DNA from: an uncultured delta proteobacterium
Lineage (GTDB): Bacteria > Myxococcota > UBA727 > VGSZ01
DNA length: 64,000 nucleotides
Assembly: GCA_963775425.1 (NCBI GenBank)
Contig: CAVZJB010000002.1
Location: 32,001-96,000 of the forward strand
Direction: 5' to 3'
In this document: positions 21,208 through 37,200 of the stretch, piece after piece
Position numbering within the stretch: the stretch's first letter is position 1
Layout of the letters: every line of letters starts with the position of its first letter
The notes under the pieces: model-generated
The model's input: the letters and a program-made list of their open reading frames with translations, nothing else
Database searches by the model: none
Told to the model about the DNA's origin: nothing
Translations under genes and position numbers: made by a program

Positions 21208-23220
21208 ATGGACGCGGTGCAGGCTTCGAGGGGGACGGTCGGCGGGGCTCGGCGCGGCTGCTTGCACACGGCGGCGGGCGGGCTCGTGCCGGCCGTGGTC
21301 GTGGCGGTCGCCGGGCTGGTGGCTTGCGCTGGGCCGGCGCCGGATCTGCCGCTCGAGCCGCGCTGCGTGGATGGGCCGCGCTGGCAGCCGGGGACGCAGG
21401 CGTTCGCGGAGCGCACCGAGGCGCTCGGCCTCATCGGCGTCGAAGGGCAGCGCGTGAGCGCCGTCGACCTCGACAACGACGGCGCCCCGGACCTCATCGT
21501 GCGCAAGGTGGGCGCGGGCCCGAACGACCCGGCGGCGGACCCCACGGCGCGGACGGCGTGGATCCTCCACAACGAGATCGCGGAGGGCCGCGGCTTCGTG
21601 GACGTGAGCGACAGCTCCGGCTTCTTCACCCCGCGAAGCGGCGGCGTCGCGGGGCGCCCCGGCGAGGTCATCGCCTTCGCCGACGTCGACAACGACGGCG
21701 ACCTCGACGCCTTCGCCGGCGTCGACACCGCCGACGGCCAGGGCTTCGGCGAGACCAGCGAGATCCTGTTGAACCGCGTCGTCGAGGAGGGCGTCTTGCG
21801 CTTCGAGCTCGCCGACGGCGGCGACGTGCGCCGCGAGGGTCAGCCCGATCTGCCCGCGAGCGCCGTGTTCGTCGACGTCGACCGCGACGGCCTGCTGGAC
21901 CTGTTCGTGCCCGAGGCGTCGTACGGCTCGAGCTCCCTCGAGTTCGTCGGCGACCGCCTCTACAAGGGCGACGGCACCGGCGTGTTCACCGACGTCATGC
22001 AGCAGGACGGCCTGGTGTCGCGCCCGTGGCAGAGCCTCGAGGACCTCAACGACGGCCTGGCGTTCACGCGTTCGTGGTCGGGCACCGCCTGCGACCTCAA
22101 CAACGACGGCGACGACGAGCTCCTTGTGGGCAGCTACGGCCGCGCCCCGAACCACCTGTGGTGGAACCACCGCGGGACCTTCGACAACGCCTCGGTGGCG
22201 TCGGGCTACGCCTACGACGGCGACCTCGGCTTCGTCGACAACCAGATGTTCGACTGCTTCTGCCAGGGCTCGCCCAACGACGCGAGCTGCGCGGACGCGC
22301 AGAGCCCGCTCATCTCGTGCGACGGCGCAGGCTGGGACCCGACCACCGACGAGCAGCCCTTCCGCCTCGGCGGCAACGACGCCGCCGCGCTGTGCGCCGA
22401 CCTCGACAACGACGGCGACATGGACGTCGTGACGACGACGATCAAGCACTGGTGGGCCGGCAGCGGCGCCGACGCGAGCGAGATCCTGGAAAACGTGAGC
22501 GACGCCGGAGGCGCGCCGACGTTCACGCGGCCCGGCCGCGACGCCACGGGCATCACCGTCGACCACCACGGCCGCGTCGACTGGGACGAGGGCATCATGA
22601 CGGGCGCCGTGTTCGACTTCGACAACGACGGCCAAAAGGACATCTACCTCGGCGGCTCCGACTATGCCGGCAACCGCGGCATGCTCTTTCACCACGACGC
22701 AGGCGGCGGCCTCCACTTCACGCCCGTCGACACCGCCGACTTCTTCGAGCACAACCGCAGCCACGGCATCGCGGTGGCGGACTTCGACGGTGACGGCGAC
22801 CTCGACGTCGTCGTGGGTCACTCGCTCGCGCGCTGCGACCCCACCGGCCCCAACAACTGCTACGCCACGGCCAACGTGCGCTACTTCGAAAACACCGTGG
22901 GCAACGCCGGCAACTTCGTGGACCTCGTCCTCGAGGGGACGCACGGGAGCAACCGCAGCGCCGTGGGCGCGCGCGTGACCGTGACGGCGGCCATCGACGG
23001 CGGCGCCGACGTCTCGCAGGTGCAGGAGGTGGGCGGCGGCTTCGGCCACTTCGGCGCCGAGAACGACCTCGCCCTCCACTTCGGCCTCGGCGACGCCTGC
23101 GAAGCCGACGTCACCGTGCGCTGGCCCGACGCCGCGCTCACCACCGAGACGTTCCACGTCGTCGCCGGCTACCGCTTCCGCCTGACCCAAGGGGCAAAAG
23201 CCCCCGACGTCGCGCGCTGA
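21208..23220 (+). CDS. FG-GAP repeat / ASPIC-UnbV (CRTAC1-like) lipoprotein
   Basis: Repeated D-x-D-N-D-G-D-x-D motifs; SNRSAVGARV, LHFGLG and VRWP; lipobox LVAC. Confidence 0.9.
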   Translation: MDAVQASRGTVGGARRGCLHTAAGGLVPAVVVAVAGLVACAGPAPDLPLEPRCVDGPRWQPGTQAFAERTEALGLIGVEGQRVSAVDLDNDGAPDLIVRKVGAGPNDPAADPTARTAWILHNEIAEGRGFVDVSDSSGFFTPRSGGVAGRPGEVIAFADVDNDGDLDAFAGVDTADGQGFGETSEILLNRVVEEGVLRFELADGGDVRREGQPDLPASAVFVDVDRDGLLDLFVPEASYGSSSLEFVGDRLYKGDGTGVFTDVMQQDGLVSRPWQSLEDLNDGLAFTRSWSGTACDLNNDGDDELLVGSYGRAPNHLWWNHRGTFDNASVASGYAYDGDLGFVDNQMFDCFCQGSPNDASCADAQSPLISCDGAGWDPTTDEQPFRLGGNDAAALCADLDNDGDMDVVTTTIKHWWAGSGADASEILENVSDAGGAPTFTRPGRDATGITVDHHGRVDWDEGIMTGAVFDFDNDGQKDIYLGGSDYAGNRGMLFHHDAGGGLHFTPVDTADFFEHNRSHGIAVADFDGDGDLDVVVGHSLARCDPTGPNNCYATANVRYFENTVGNAGNFVDLVLEGTHGSNRSAVGARVTVTAAIDGGADVSQVQEVGGGFGHFGAENDLALHFGLGDACEADVTVRWPDAALTTETFHVVAGYRFRLTQGAKAPDVAR

Positions 23221-23318
23221 TCCTCGAGGCCGGGACAAGCCCCGCGCCTCCGACGCGTCGTGGATCGGGTGTCGGGCGCCCACTTGCGGGACCGCGCGTG
23301 GGGCAGCACCGTGGGCAC

Positions 23319-24296
23319 GTGCACGCGCGCCTCGCTCTTTGCGCCCTCGCGGCCGCCGTGGCTTCGTCGCTGTCGGCGTGCGACGGCTGCACCGGACCCG
23401 TGAGCGCCGTCGACGACGCCGGCAGCGAGGGCGAAGGCGACTTCGGCGAAGGCGAAGGCGACGTCGGTGAAGGTGAAGGTGAAGGCGAGGTGTCCGTCGA
23501 CGGCGGCGTCGCCGACGCCGGCCCGACCGACGCCGGCGTCGACACGCGCGACGCCGGCAACGGCTTCGACCTCGGCTCCCTCCTCGACGGCGGCATCGAC
23601 GGCCTGCAGTGCCTGCCCACGTCGCTGCCGCAGCTCAGCGTCAGCGGCGCGCTCGACGCGCTCGGGCTCAACCTCTACACGGGCCACAGCGAGACGGGCG
23701 TGGTCTGCGGCATCGACCCGCGCGTCACCTGCGACGAGGGCGTCCCCTGCTGCGTGCTCTGCGGCGCCGCCGGTTGCGCCGCCCCCACCGACGGCGGCCG
23801 CGTCTCGGCCTGCCCGCCGTTCACGCAGACGTACTCGTGCGACGGCAACGAGGACTGCTCGGGCTCGGACATCTGCTGCTTCACGCTCTCGGGCACCGAG
23901 TGCCGCCCGGAGAGCGACTGCAACTTCGACGTGGGCGGGACCCTGCAGCAGTTCCTCGGCGACGGCGGCATCCGCTTGCCCGACGCCGGCGTCGTCGACG
24001 GCGGCTTCTTCGACGGCGGCTTCGTGTCCACGCCCGTCGACGGCGGCGACCCCACCGTCGACGGCGGCTTCGTCGACGACCCCGTGCCGGGACCGCCCGG
24101 CCCCGTCCCCGACGCCGGCAGCCTCGTCGACGGCCTGCAGACCACGCTCGACCAGGGCGTCCCGGTCTGCACGTCGACCCTGCGGGACTGCGACCTCCTC
24201 GGCGGCCAGGCCTGCTGTAGCTCCGACCGCCTTCCCGCCGTCGACGTCGGCTTCTGCCTGCCGGCGCTCCTCTGTCTCGGCAACCTCCTGCCGTAG
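23319..24296 (+). CDS. Cys-rich acidic lipoprotein with EGEGE and DGG repeats
   Basis: Lipobox LSAC; CDGNEDC...ICC motifs; start uncertain. Confidence 0.75.
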   Translation: MHARLALCALAAAVASSLSACDGCTGPVSAVDDAGSEGEGDFGEGEGDVGEGEGEGEVSVDGGVADAGPTDAGVDTRDAGNGFDLGSLLDGGIDGLQCLPTSLPQLSVSGALDALGLNLYTGHSETGVVCGIDPRVTCDEGVPCCVLCGAAGCAAPTDGGRVSACPPFTQTYSCDGNEDCSGSDICCFTLSGTECRPESDCNFDVGGTLQQFLGDGGIRLPDAGVVDGGFFDGGFVSTPVDGGDPTVDGGFVDDPVPGPPGPVPDAGSLVDGLQTTLDQGVPVCTSTLRDCDLLGGQACCSSDRLPAVDVGFCLPALLCLGNLLP

Positions 24297-24308
24297 GGCG
24301 AGCTCCGG

Positions 24309-27854
<3,546 letters not shown>

Positions 27855-27936
27855 CCGCGCCCATCTTAGCGACGTTTCCCCGGGTAGGCGTGCCGCGGGC
27901 ACGCCTCGCGCGGGGGACGGGACGTTATGGTCGGGC

Positions 27937-28965
27937 ATGGATCGTTCCCGCACCTCCTCGACGTTCGCCGCCCCGGACGTCGCCAACCGCTTGATCCAGG
28001 TGCGCCGCAACGTCGGCGCCAAGCTGGTGGCCCGCGCGTTCGAGCGGGCGGCGCAGCTCGGCCGAAAGGCGAAGCGCGCGCAGCCCGAGGCCCACGGCCT
28101 CGAGCTCGTGCGCGACGTCCCCTACCTCGGCAGCGGGCTGCCCGAGCACACGCTCGACGTCTACCGCCCGAAGGACGCCCCCGCCGGCCTCCCCGTCGTC
28201 TTCTACGTGCACGGCGGCGCGTTCCGCTCGTTGTCCAAGGAGACGCACTGGGTGATGGGCCTCGCCTTCGCCCGCCGCGGCATGGTCGTGGCCATGCCCA
28301 ACTACCGGCTGGCGCCGGCGCACCGCTTCCCCGCCGCGCTCGAGGACACGGCGGAGGCGCTGCGCTTCGTCGTGGAAAACGCCGCGTCGTGGGGCGGCGA
28401 TCCCGGGCGGATCATCTTCGCCGGGGAGAGCGCGGGCGCGAACCTCGCGACGTCGCTCGCGCTCTGCCTGGCCTACGAGCGCGACGAGCCGTACGCGCGC
28501 CTGGTCCGCTCGCTCGGCGTCTACCCCGAGGCGGTGCTCGCCGCGTGCGGCGTCTTCGAGGTCACCAACGCCAGGCGCTTCCCCGAGAAGTTCGCGCTCA
28601 ACTGGTTCCTCGAAGATCGCTACCTGGAGCTCGAGGAGAGCTACCCGGTCTGGCGCGACGGCGCCCCCGTCGGCCACGACCTGATGAACCCGCTCCTGCT
28701 GCTCGAGCGGGAGGCGCCGCGGCGTCCGCTGCCACCGTTCTTCCTGCCGGTCGGGGGCCTCGATCACCTCCGCGACGACCACGAGCGCATGGAGCGCGCG
28801 CTGAAGGCCCACGGCGGCGACGTCGTCTCCAAGGTGTACCCGGGAGAGATCCACGCCTTTCATGCGTTCGTGCTCACCAAGAACGCCAGGCAGTGCTGGC
28901 AGGACCACTTCTCGTTCCTGCATTCCCGGGGGGTGCCCGTGAAGCTCGACGCTCCGAGGGTCTGA
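27937..28965 (+). CDS. Alpha/beta hydrolase (HSL-type esterase/lipase)
   Basis: HGGAF, NYRLAP..FPAAL.D, GESAG and HAF motifs. Confidence 0.92.
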   Translation: MDRSRTSSTFAAPDVANRLIQVRRNVGAKLVARAFERAAQLGRKAKRAQPEAHGLELVRDVPYLGSGLPEHTLDVYRPKDAPAGLPVVFYVHGGAFRSLSKETHWVMGLAFARRGMVVAMPNYRLAPAHRFPAALEDTAEALRFVVENAASWGGDPGRIIFAGESAGANLATSLALCLAYERDEPYARLVRSLGVYPEAVLAACGVFEVTNARRFPEKFALNWFLEDRYLELEESYPVWRDGAPVGHDLMNPLLLLEREAPRRPLPPFFLPVGGLDHLRDDHERMERALKAHGGDVVSKVYPGEIHAFHAFVLTKNARQCWQDHFSFLHSRGVPVKLDAPRV

Positions 28966-30816
28966 CCCGGTGAAGCCGCGGGCGAGCCCCCGCGCGTCCT
29001 CGCCGGTGCGCCGCCCGCGCGCCGCTCGCGCGTTGCCCATCGTCGACGCCGTCGCGGCACCACCGGCAGAGGCCCCGGCGCAGCCCACGCGCCTCGACAA
29101 TCTGTGGTTCCGCGTGCGCGCGACGCGTCACAAGGTCTCGCGTCTCCTGCGCGATCGGCGCGAGGGAGTCGCCCGCTCGCCGCGGGCCGCGGCAGACGGC
29201 TTTCGTTCGGTGGCGTCGTCGTCGTCGTCGCCGCTGTGGACCCACGACGATCCGCGCGAGCGCCCGCTGGTGGCGGGCAAGATCCACAACCTGCGGCTCG
29301 CCGCGCGCCGCCTCGACGGCGCGCTCGTGAAGGCGGGCGCGGTGTGGTCGTTCTGGGCGGAGGTGGGCCCGCCGTGGGCGCTGTTCGGTTACGTCGACGG
29401 GCGCGAGCTGCGCGAGGGGTGCCTGGTGCCGTCGGTGGGCGGCGGCCTGTGTCAGCTCTCGAACGCGCTGTACGCGTGCGCGCTCGACGCGGGCCTCGAG
29501 ATCCTCGAGCGCCACGCGCACACTGCGAAGGTCGGCGGCGCCGCCGCCACCGACCGCGACGCGACGGTCTTTCATCCCTACGTCGACCTGCGCTTCCGTG
29601 CCGAGGTCGACGTCCTCGTCGAAGCGCGCCTGGTGCGCGACCGCCTCGAGGTGCGCCTGCGCACGCGACAGCCGCGCGTCCCGCCAGCGCCGCGCCGGTC
29701 TCCGGCGTCACCGCGGCGGTCGACGGCGCGGCCGCTGCTCCGCGTCGACGAGCACGCGTGCGACGCCTGCGCTCGCGCGGACTGCGAGGTCGGCGAGGAC
29801 GCGCGCGCCCGCATCCGGCCGCACCGCGCGCGCACCGCCTTCGCCGTCGACGAGCTGACGCCCGAGCTGGCGGCGTTCGTCGCGGCGCGCGCGCGCCTCA
29901 AGCACACGAGCGACGACGCGGAGGACGACGACGCGGACGTGCTCGCGCTGCCTGTGCCGGGGGCGCTCGTCGGCATGCCGCAGTACGCGTGGGACACGCG
30001 CGGCTTCGACGTCGTCGCGGCGCCGCTCGTGGCGCTCGCGCGTTCGCGGAGGATGCGCGCGCTCGCGAGCGAGGGCGCCGCCCGCGTGCGCGCGCAGCTC
30101 GACTGCGACGCCGCTCTCGCCGCCGCCTACGCGCGCTTCTTCGGCGCCTCCGTCGAGCACCTCGTGGTGGCGCACTCGCTCCTGCCGCACCTGTGGCGCA
30201 GCGGCGACCTCGCCGGCCGCACCTTCGACGCGTTCCTCACGCGCCTGCCGCTGTTCGCGCTGCAGGCGCGCCTCGACGAGGCCGCGGCGCGGTTCCCCGA
30301 CGACCCGCTGTTGCGCGCCTATCGAGCGCCGAGCGAGCTCGTCGAGGCCGAACGCGACGCCCTCGCGGCGGCGGCGAAGCTCTTCACGCCGCACCCCGAG
30401 ATCGCGCGTGTGCTTCCGCGCGCCACGCTCGTGCCGTGGTCGCCGCCGCCGCCGTCGTCGCCGGCGCGCATCGGCGGCCGGCGCATCGTGTTCCCCGGGC
30501 CCGCCGCGGCCAGGAAGGGCGCGCACGCGGTGCGGGCCGCCGCGCGCGCGCTCGGCCTGGTCGTGGTGCTCTGCGGCAGCGACCTCGAGGGCCCGTCGTT
30601 CTGGGACGGCGTCGAGGTCGAGCGCATGTCGTTTGGCCGCGCGTTTCGTCGCGCGGTGCGGGCGGTGGTGCAGCCCGCGCTCGTCGAGGATCGACCGCGG
30701 CGCTTGCTCGAAGCCGTCGCCCGCGGCGTCCCCGTGATCGCCACGCGCGCCTGCGGCGTGCCCGGCGCCGTCGAGGTCCCCTTCGGCGACGTTGCGGCCC
30801 TCATCACCGCGCTCGC

Positions 30817-31353
<537 letters not shown>

Positions 31354-31496
31354 GATCCACTTCCGAACGGCGCGCTCGCGGTGCGCGCCATGACTTCTCT
31401 CACAGTCATCGTAGTGTCGTCGTCGTTGGCCGCATCTTCGCCGTCTACGGTCGTGCGCACCGCCGCCACCGTTCGTCGTTTCGTGATGGAGGATCC

Positions 31497-32582
31497 GTGA
31501 CCGCTCCCCTGTTCTCCCCGCTTCACCTGCGCGGTCTCGCGCTCGAAAACCGCATCGTGGTCTCGCCCATGTGCCAATACGCGGCCGCCGCCGGCGTCCC
31601 CGGCGACTGGCACCTCGTGCACCTCGGAAACCTCTCGATGTCCGGCGCCGCCCTGCTCTTCGTCGAGGCCACCGCCGTCGAGCCCGAGGGCCGCATCACC
31701 CCGGGCGACACGGGCCTGTACGACGACGCGTGCGAGGCCGCGTTCGCCCGCGTCGTCGACGTCGTTCGTCGCGTCGGCACCGCGCACGTCGGCGTCCAGC
31801 TCGCGCACGCCGGCCGCAAGGCGAGCTGCGCCGTCCCCTGGGACGGCGGCCGGCAGCTCGCGCTCGAGGCAGGCGGGTGGACGCCGTTTGCGCCGTCGGC
31901 GGAGCCGTTTGTCGAGGGCGATCGCGTGGCCGAGCTCGACGCGGACGGCCGCGAGCGGATCAAGCGCGCCTTCGCCGCCGCCGCCGTTCGCGCCGCGCGC
32001 ATCGGCTTCGACGTCGTCGAGCTGCACTGCGCCCACGGCTACCTGCTGCACTCGTTCCTCTCGCCGCTGTCCAACACGCGCAACGACGGCTACGGCGGCG
32101 CGCGGGAGAACCGCATGCGCTTTCCGCTGGAGGTGTTCGAGGCCGTGCGCGCCGTGTGGCCGGCGGACAAGCCCCTCGGCGTGCGGGTGTCGGCCACCGA
32201 TTGGGTCGAGGGCGGCTGGGACGTCGACGACACCGTCGCGTTTTCCAAGGCGCTCGTCGAGCGCGGCTGCGACTTCGTCGATTGTTCGTCGGGCGGCGCG
32301 TCCCCTCGACAGAAGATCGAGGCCAAGCCCGGCTTCCAGGTGCCGTTCGCCAGACGCGTGCGGGAGGAGGCGGGCGCCGTCACCGTCGCCGTCGGCATGA
32401 TCACCGAGCCGAAGCAGGCCGACGACGTCATCGCGTCCGGCGCCGCCGACCTCGTCGCCCTCGCCCGCGGCATGCTCTGGGACCCGCGCTTCGGCTGGCA
32501 CGCCGCCGAAGCGCTCGGCGTCACCGTGCGCGCGCCGCCGCAGGTGTTGCGCGCGCGCCCGTCGGTGCTGGTCGCGAAGTGA
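31497..32582 (+). CDS. NADH:flavin oxidoreductase (Old Yellow Enzyme family)
   Basis: NRIVVSPMCQY, QLAHAGRKAS, H.AHGYLLH.FLSPLSN.R.D.YGG..ENR motifs. Confidence 0.95.
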   Translation: MTAPLFSPLHLRGLALENRIVVSPMCQYAAAAGVPGDWHLVHLGNLSMSGAALLFVEATAVEPEGRITPGDTGLYDDACEAAFARVVDVVRRVGTAHVGVQLAHAGRKASCAVPWDGGRQLALEAGGWTPFAPSAEPFVEGDRVAELDADGRERIKRAFAAAAVRAARIGFDVVELHCAHGYLLHSFLSPLSNTRNDGYGGARENRMRFPLEVFEAVRAVWPADKPLGVRVSATDWVEGGWDVDDTVAFSKALVERGCDFVDCSSGGASPRQKIEAKPGFQVPFARRVREEAGAVTVAVGMITEPKQADDVIASGAADLVALARGMLWDPRFGWHAAEALGVTVRAPPQVLRARPSVLVAK

Positions 32583-32589
32583 TCAGACG

Positions 32590-33192
32590 CTAGCCGCCGA
32601 GCAGGCCGCGCACCGTGCGCTTGAGGTCGTCGATGACGCCGGCGCGCTTCTTCACCACGATCTCGACGCTGCCGAGCGTGGCCTTGCCCACGACGCGCAG
32701 GCGCCGTGTGTCCCGGCGCGACGCCGGCTCCTGCGCCAGGTGATCGAAGCTGCCGAGGAGCGCGTCGCCCTCGGACTCCACCGAGAGGCCCTCCGGCACC
32801 GTCAGCGTCACGCTGCCGAGCAGCGCGCGCACCTCGAGGACGGTCTCGCCCGCCGACAGCTCCGCGTCGCTCAGGTCGAGCTCCACGGACCCGAGCACCG
32901 CGCGCACCTTCACGAGCGAAGGCACGCGCCACCGCCCGCGGCGCGTGGCCGAGCCGAGCGTGGCGCGCACCGTGGCGGTCACCCGGCCGGGCGGCGGCGC
33001 CGGCGGCTCGAGCGACGGCAGCCCGTCGAACAGCCGCACCAGCTCCTGGTCGTTGGTGGCGCGCTCGGCGCGCTCGACCAATTGCTCGAATTCCTCGACG
33101 TCGAGGTCGTTGCGCGCGTAGTGGTCCTGAAGCCGCTCGATCGCCTCGTCGCGCGCGATCAGCCGCACAGGCAGCTTCTGCTCATCCACCAT
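32590..33192 (-). CDS. DUF1707 (SHOCT-like) plus LiaF/DUF2154-like protein
   Basis: RDEAIERL...YA...LD.EEF; repeated LGSVELDL / LGSV.L.VP. Confidence 0.8.
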   Translation of the reverse strand: MVDEQKLPVRLIARDEAIERLQDHYARNDLDVEEFEQLVERAERATNDQELVRLFDGLPSLEPPAPPPGRVTATVRATLGSATRRGRWRVPSLVKVRAVLGSVELDLSDAELSAGETVLEVRALLGSVTLTVPEGLSVESEGDALLGSFDHLAQEPASRRDTRRLRVVGKATLGSVEIVVKKRAGVIDDLKRTVRGLLGG

Positions 33193-33311
33193 GGGGGTCG
33201 TGTAGTGCCGGTCCCCGCGCGTGCGTAGGGGGGGCGCGCGCGGCGCCGCCCCGGCGCCGGCACATATCATTGCTGGCGGGCAAAAGGCGTGCATAGAATA
33301 TATACAAGAAA

Positions 33312-33923
33312 TTAGCGCGAATTGTGCTTGAGACAGTTGGTGCGCAGCTCGTGGTCCGCGAAGGCCGCATCGTACGCGCTGCAGGCGTGGGGCAGGCGGT
33401 CGTCGCCGGTGGTGTCCGGGAGGAAGTGCGTGCAGGTGAGGCAGGTGCGCGTCACGCCGAGCACGTCGTTGTCGTCGAGGGCGCGCAGCATCTCGGCGAC
33501 GCACCTCAACAGGTGCTCGTGCTTGCGCTGCTCGACCGCGGCGATGGCTTGGATGAAGACGTCGCGCCAACGCTCGGCGTAGGGCGCTTCCCTGCGGCCG
33601 TCGCCGGTGAGGTCGAGGCGCACGGCGCGCCCGTCGGTCGGGTCGCGGCCCTTCTCCACGAGGCCCTTGGTGACCAGGACGCGCACGGCGTCGCTGGTGG
33701 TGGCGGTGCTCACGCCGAGCACGGCGGCGACGTCGGACAAGCGCAGCGGACCGCGCGCGAGCTCGGCGATCACCTGCGCCTGCGTCGCGGACAGGCCGCG
33801 CGCGTTGGCCTGGTGCCACGCCGCAACCCGGCCTGCGTCGACGAGGCGCGCGAGGCCGTCAGCAATCCTCTTTTCGATCGGCTCCGAAGGGAGAACCCGA
33901 AGCTGCTTCTTCACGTGCGCCAT
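33312..33923 (-). CDS. MarR-family regulator with Cys/His-rich C-terminus
   Basis: GLSATQAQ, LGVS.AT.SDAV..LV.KGLVEK..DP.DGR; CLTC.HF..HAC...NC; start may be 33932. Confidence 0.88.
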   Translation of the reverse strand: MAHVKKQLRVLPSEPIEKRIADGLARLVDAGRVAAWHQANARGLSATQAQVIAELARGPLRLSDVAAVLGVSTATTSDAVRVLVTKGLVEKGRDPTDGRAVRLDLTGDGRREAPYAERWRDVFIQAIAAVEQRKHEHLLRCVAEMLRALDDNDVLGVTRTCLTCTHFLPDTTGDDRLPHACSAYDAAFADHELRTNCLKHNSR

Positions 33924-34236
33924 ACGAACCATCCGCTCGATAACCTGAATCTCTAAAAAAGACAAAAAGAACAGGAACCTTCGGACTCCTAGTTGCGACT
34001 TGGTCGGCCCGAGCCCCGTGAACGAAGTGAACCCGCGCCTCTCGCCTCCGCGCGAAATCACCTCGGTAGAGGAACAAGCGTCTTTGCTCGCAAGCCGATC
34101 CGGATGTCGCCGCCTCCTCCCGGCTGCTTCGCTGACGGTTCGGTCAGGACAAGCATCTCGCTCGTCGACGCCTCCCTGCCCCTACGCGTGCCGCGCCCGA
34201 GATGGATCGAGGGCCCGGATGGAGTAGCTTTGACCC

Positions 34237-37200
34237 ATGCTCGCGTTCACGCTCAACGGGACGCCGGTGCAGCTCGACGACGTCGATCCCGCCTCGACGC
34301 TGTCGCAGTGGCTGCGCAGACACGGTCGTACCGGCACCAAGGAGGGCTGCGCCGAGGGCGACTGCGGCGCCTGCACCGTGCTCGTCGGCGATGAGGACGC
34401 GAGCGGGGAGCCCGCGTGGCGCGCCGTCAACGCGTGCATCGCGCTGCTGCCGTCCTTTCACGGCCGCCACATCATCACCGTCGAGGGCGTCGCCCCCGCC
34501 GACGGCTTGCACCCGGTGCAGGCCGCGATGATCAAGCACGGCGGCGACCAGTGCGGCTACTGCACACCGGGCTTCGTGATGAGCATGGCCGAGCTCTACG
34601 AGCGCCCGGACAGCGCGGCCGCGCCCGAGACGCTGTGCGCCGCCCTCGACGGCAACCTGTGTCGCTGCACCGGCTACCGCCCCATCCGCGACGCCATGCT
34701 CGAGGCCCTGCGCTGCCGCGACGGCGGCGCCTGCGACCTCGTCGGCATCGGCGGCCGCGCCCGGCGCCCGCCGCCGGCGCCCGCCGCGGCGCCTGTCGAC
34801 GTCACCGGTCCCGCGCCCGGGGGCGACCGCCGCGGCAATCGCTTCGTGCGGCCGACGACGCTCGCGGAGCTGCTCGCGCTGCGCGCCGCGCATCCCGAGG
34901 CGCGCCTTGTCGGAGGCGCCACCGAGATCGGCGTGGAGCTCCGAAAGAAGCTCGCGCCGCTGCCGTTCCTCATCGCCACCGACGGCGTCGCGGAGCTCCG
35001 CCGCGTCGAAGACACGGCCGACGCGTGGGTGGTGGGCGGGGCGGCCACCCTCACCGCCCTCGACGAGCTCCTCGCGGCCTCCTCCGCGCCTTCGCCGGTG
35101 GCGCAGGGCGTGCGGCGCATGCTGCGCGTGTTCGCGTCGCGGCCCATCCGCAACCGCGCCACGCTCGCGGGCAACATCGTCACCGCGTCGCCCATCGGCG
35201 ACATGGCGCCGGTGCTCCTCGCGCTCGACGCCGAGGTGGTGTGCGCGTCCGCCGCCGGCGAGCGCCGCGTGCCCATCGACCGCTTCTTCACGGGCTACCG
35301 CAAGACCGCCCTCGCCGCCGACGAGATCGTGCGGGCGGTGGTGATCCCCAAGCACGCCACGCCGAGTGGAGCGGCGCTGCGCTTCGACACCATCAAGGTC
35401 AGCAAGCGCCGCGACCTCGACATCGCCATCGTCGCCGCCGCCTTCCGCGTCGAGCTCGATGAACAGGGCGCCGTCACCGCCGCCCGCCTCGCCTACGGCG
35501 GCGTCGCGCCCACCCCGGCGCGCGCGCACAAGGCCGAGGCGCTGCTCGTCGGACGAAAGCTCGAGGCGGGCGCCGTCGCCGACGTGCTCGAGGCCCTCGA
35601 CAACGAGTTCACGCCCATCGACGACGTGCGCGCGGGCAAGGCGTACCGCAAGGGCCTCGTCGCTTCGCTGTTCGCGCGCTTCGTGCGCGGACAACGAAGC
35701 GAGGCGTTCGAGGACGGCGGCTTCGTCGAGGTCGGCGTGTGGCCCGCGCCGTCGAAGTCGCGGGCGCTCAGCCACGACAGCGCCCGCGGCCACGTCACCG
35801 GCGAGGCGCTCTACGTCGACGACGCCGCCCAGCGGCGCGACATGCTCGAGGTGTGGCCCGTGACCGTGCCGCACGCGCGCGCGCGCATCACGAGGCGCGA
35901 CGCCGCCGCCGCGCGCGCCATGCCCGGCGTGCACGCGGTGCTCTTCGGCGAGGACATCCCGGGCAGAAACGACGTCGGCGCCGTCAAGCCCGACGAGATC
36001 CTGCTCGCCACCGAGGACGTCTACTTCCACGGCCACCCCGTGGCGCTGGTGGTGGCCGACACCGTCGAGCAGGCGCGGCGCGCCGCCGCCGCGGTCGTCG
36101 TCGAGGCGCAGCCGCTGCCGGCGCTCCTCGGCGTTCGCGCGGCGGTGGACGCGGACAGCTACCACAACGAGCCCCACGTCATCCGCTGCGGCGACGTCGA
36201 CAAGGCGCTCGCGGCCGCCAAGCACCGCATCGACGGCGAGCTCGACATCGGGGGCCAGGAGCACTTCTACCTGGAGACGCAGGCCGCCTTCGCGGACGTC
36301 GTCGAGGACGAGGTGCAGGTCTGGTCCTCCACGCAGCACCCGAGCGAGATCCAGGCGGTGGTGAGCCACGTGCTCGCCCTCCCGCGCCACCGCATCGTCG
36401 TCACGTCTCCGCGCATGGGCGGCGGCTTCGGCGGCAAGGAGACCCAGGGGAACACGTGGGCGGCGCTGGCGGCGCTCGCGGCGTGGCGCACCCGGCGGCC
36501 CGTGCGGGTGCAGCTCGACCGCGACGTCGACATGGAGGTCACCGGCAAGCGCCACCCGTTCCTCGGCCGCTACTCCGTCGGCTTCGACGACGACGGCAGG
36601 ATCACCGCGTTCGACGCCGTCGTGGTGTCGGACGGCGGCTGGGCGCTCGACCTGAGCGAGTCCATCCTCGACCGCGCGCTGTTCCACCTCGACAACGCCT
36701 ACTCCTTCGACAACGCGCGCTTCGAGGGCCGGGTGGCCAAGACCAACGTCGTGTCGCACACGGCGTTTCGCGGCTTCGGCGGGCCGCAGGGGATGCTCGT
36801 GGTCGAGGACGCGCTCGCGCGCGTGGCCGGTCGCCTGGGCCTGCCGGCGGAGGTGGTGCGCGCGCGCAACTTCTACGCGCCCTCCGGGCAGCACACGCCC
36901 TACGGCCAGGCCGTCGACGACAACCGCGTGCCGCGGATGTGGAGCGAGCTGCTCGAGGACGCGAGCTTCGACGAGCGCCGCCGCGCGGTGGACGCGTTCA
37001 ACGCGGGCTCGGCGCACGTGAAGCGCGGCCTCGCCGTCACGCCGGTGAAGTTCGGCATCTCCTTCACCGCCAGCTTCTTGAACCAGGCGGGCGCGCTCGT
37101 CGTCATCTACCGCGACGGCACCGTGCAGGTGAACCACGGCGGCACCGAGATGGGGCAGGGGCTGCACGCCAAGGTGCTCGGCGTCGTCATGCGCGAGCTC

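Noticed and set aside
33990-34236. Purine or xanthine riboswitch upstream of xdh
   Set aside because: No recognisable consensus, and a -10-like hexamer lies 6 nt from the ATG, leaving no leader. An Infernal/Rfam scan would be decisive.
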